In this document: piece by piece, positions 62,198 through 64,000 of the stretch
Layout of the letters: each line of letters begins with the position of its first letter
How positions within the stretch are numbered: position 1 is the first letter of the stretch
NCBI GenBank assembly: GCA_963792965.1
Contig: CAWBYW010000035.1
Coordinates: 32,001-96,000, forward strand
Direction of reading: 5' to 3'
Length of the DNA stretch: 64,000 nucleotides
Source of the DNA: an uncultured delta proteobacterium
Lineage (GTDB): Bacteria; Desulfobacterota; Zymogenia; Zymogenales; Zymogenaceae
Notes under the pieces: model-generated
What the model was told of the DNA's origin: nothing
Database searches by the model: none
Seen by the model: the letters and a program-made list of their open reading frames with translations, nothing else
Translations under genes and position numbers: made by a program

Positions 62198-63955
62198 ATG
62201 AACGTAAGGAAAGCATCGTTTCTTGTGGCCGTTTCTGTCTTACTGGTGACGGCCTTCGCGTTCACGGCGGCGGCGCAGGACGTCATCTACATCTCGGAGC
62301 CGACCCTCGCTGATACGCCGACGATCCTCCCTCGCATGGACGCGCCGCTCTGGAACATGGATTATCGCCACAACCCGGCGCTCCTCAAGCTTGATTGCCC
62401 CTACCAGTTCATCGACGACGCCTACTACCTCGGCTCGGGGTGGAGCATCTCGTCCGAGTCCTTTAATCAGGGGTTCGATTTCCAGGGCCTGACACCGGCG
62501 TACCTCACGAAGCACGTCGAAGACAAGTACCTCACCACGGTCCTGGGCACCGACGCGGGCTTTGCGCTGAAACTCAACGACCGATCGAGCCTCGCCCTCA
62601 TCTTCAACTACCGCTACGGCAACATTAAAGGGGACGGCAACTTCTTTCTCATTAATAAGGAAACAGTACTAACCGGCAGGGAGGACGGCTCGATCAGCCA
62701 GAAGCTCGAGACGCACGACTTCACCCTCTCGGCGCTCTACAGCCTGAAGATGAGCGACGCCCTCACCGTCGGCGCCGGGCTGAAATATTCGTATCGAGAC
62801 GAGAGCTGGGACGACGACCTCTTTGCCCAAGGGGTTGATCCGTCGGCAGCCGTTCATTCGTTCGTTACCGACCTGAACCGTGATCTTGGGCTCAGGTATA
62901 GTGTCGTTTCGCCCGTCCTCGGCGTCTCGCTGAAATCGTCCGATCGCTTTAATATGGACGCCTGGCTTTCGGCCGGGTTCTACTTCGGGGACGTCCAGAA
63001 GAACTCGAACCTGTACGAAAACTCGTCCGGACCCACCCCCCCCTACAGCGAGGACCTCGACTCGGGCGACGTTACCGGCTGGGATATAAGCGCCTCCGTC
63101 CGGCCGGAGCTCGCGGTCACGGACGCCCTCTCCATCCCCTTCGTCCTCGATTTCTCCTACCGCGACATCAAATGGAGCGTGGGCGGCGCCTCCTTCGGCC
63201 GCTTCGCGCCCTTCGACTACGACCTGGTCTTCTACGGCCCGGGCCACATCGGCTACGAGAACGAGGAGACGACCTGGCACGTGAAGGCCGGCGCGGGGGT
63301 GACCTACGATGCCGGGTGGGCGACCCTGTCGGGCCTGCTCTCCTACACCCGGTGGGAGTTCCTCAACGCGTATGACCAGGAAAACAATATCACCGGACTT
63401 GGCCCCGTAGCCGCGCTGAGCGTGTTTGCGCAGCGGGACACGGAGAGCCGGGACATCGCGGCGCTGGACCTGTCGCTCAAGAAGGAGTTTTCCAAGACGC
63501 TGTCGGCCGATTTTTCCGCCATATACCTCGTCGGGTGGGCCCACCGGAGGTATCAGATGACCTACAAGAACCCGTTTGATATAGGCGGCGTCCAGCCGAA
63601 CGGGCTCAAGGTTGTCGCCGACGGGTGGGACGCCTACCAGGACCTGATCCTGTCGGCCACGATGGACCTCAAGCCGACGGACCGCCTGAGCCTCTCGCTC
63701 ATGGGCACCGTCGCGATCCCCATCAACGACCTTGACTATACCCTGCACGGCCTGGGAACGGGGGTGAACGCCGGCCCAACTCTCAGGGACGTCATGATCA
63801 ACGGCCCGGTCGTCCGGGAATACGAGACCTCGGGTTGGGAGTGGGGGGCGCTGCTCTCGCTCAGCTACGAGTTCGGCTGCCCGGCGCCGCTGCCGCCGGT
63901 CGCGCCCGAGGCGCCCAAGGTCGCGCCCCAGCTGACGCCGATGAGCTTTAAGTAA
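62198..63955 (+). CDS. Outer-membrane beta-barrel protein with Pro-rich C-terminal tail
   Basis: Signal peptide, NPALL motif as in FadL-like barrels, many amphipathic beta strands, LSYEF beta-signal followed by GCPAPLPPVAPEAP... Confidence 0.7.
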   Translation: MNVRKASFLVAVSVLLVTAFAFTAAAQDVIYISEPTLADTPTILPRMDAPLWNMDYRHNPALLKLDCPYQFIDDAYYLGSGWSISSESFNQGFDFQGLTPAYLTKHVEDKYLTTVLGTDAGFALKLNDRSSLALIFNYRYGNIKGDGNFFLINKETVLTGREDGSISQKLETHDFTLSALYSLKMSDALTVGAGLKYSYRDESWDDDLFAQGVDPSAAVHSFVTDLNRDLGLRYSVVSPVLGVSLKSSDRFNMDAWLSAGFYFGDVQKNSNLYENSSGPTPPYSEDLDSGDVTGWDISASVRPELAVTDALSIPFVLDFSYRDIKWSVGGASFGRFAPFDYDLVFYGPGHIGYENEETTWHVKAGAGVTYDAGWATLSGLLSYTRWEFLNAYDQENNITGLGPVAALSVFAQRDTESRDIAALDLSLKKEFSKTLSADFSAIYLVGWAHRRYQMTYKNPFDIGGVQPNGLKVVADGWDAYQDLILSATMDLKPTDRLSLSLMGTVAIPINDLDYTLHGLGTGVNAGPTLRDVMINGPVVREYETSGWEWGALLSLSYEFGCPAPLPPVAPEAPKVAPQLTPMSFK

Positions 63956-64000
63956 GCAGACCAACGAGATATCCCGATGATAAGGGGCGGCGATGAGCCG

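Overview
GC-rich chromosomal segment, most likely from an anaerobic diderm bacterium of the deltaproteobacterial/Desulfobacterota type (inferred from gene content only). In order: part of a Wood-Ljungdahl accessory cluster (acsV-cooC/acsF-small ORF-acsD-cooF-like, minus strand, running off the left edge); a complete trpEGDCFBA operon preceded by a Trp-rich leader peptide and two tandem terminators; a stand-alone XylR_N/V4R protein and a large hybrid PAS/GAF kinase; an uncharacterised operon of a CCG Fe-S protein, two VAO/GlcD-type flavoproteins, a CrtC/Diels-Alderase-like protein and TetR, with a perfect 22-bp operator; an inverse autotransporter with a beta-helix passenger; a 4-hydroxybutyryl-CoA dehydratase-like gene with V4R and TetR; an xylB-GH38-MFS sugar locus; tRNA-Arg(UCU); divergent TPP riboswitches controlling cytX and thiD (with an eroded thiN remnant); a sigma54 activator facing an amidohydrolase-UroD-V4R operon; and a patchwork accessory region with composite REP-like repeats, a pentapeptide-repeat membrane protein, a duplicated DUF4412-like gene, a two-component pair, a nitroreductase-like gene, hicBA, a NYN-LOTUS gene, pyrE and an outer-membrane barrel. 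About a dozen genes carry single-base frameshifts, probably long-read assembly errors. No integrase, transposase, rRNA or CRISPR array was seen. All family assignments come from reading motifs by eye, not from database searches.
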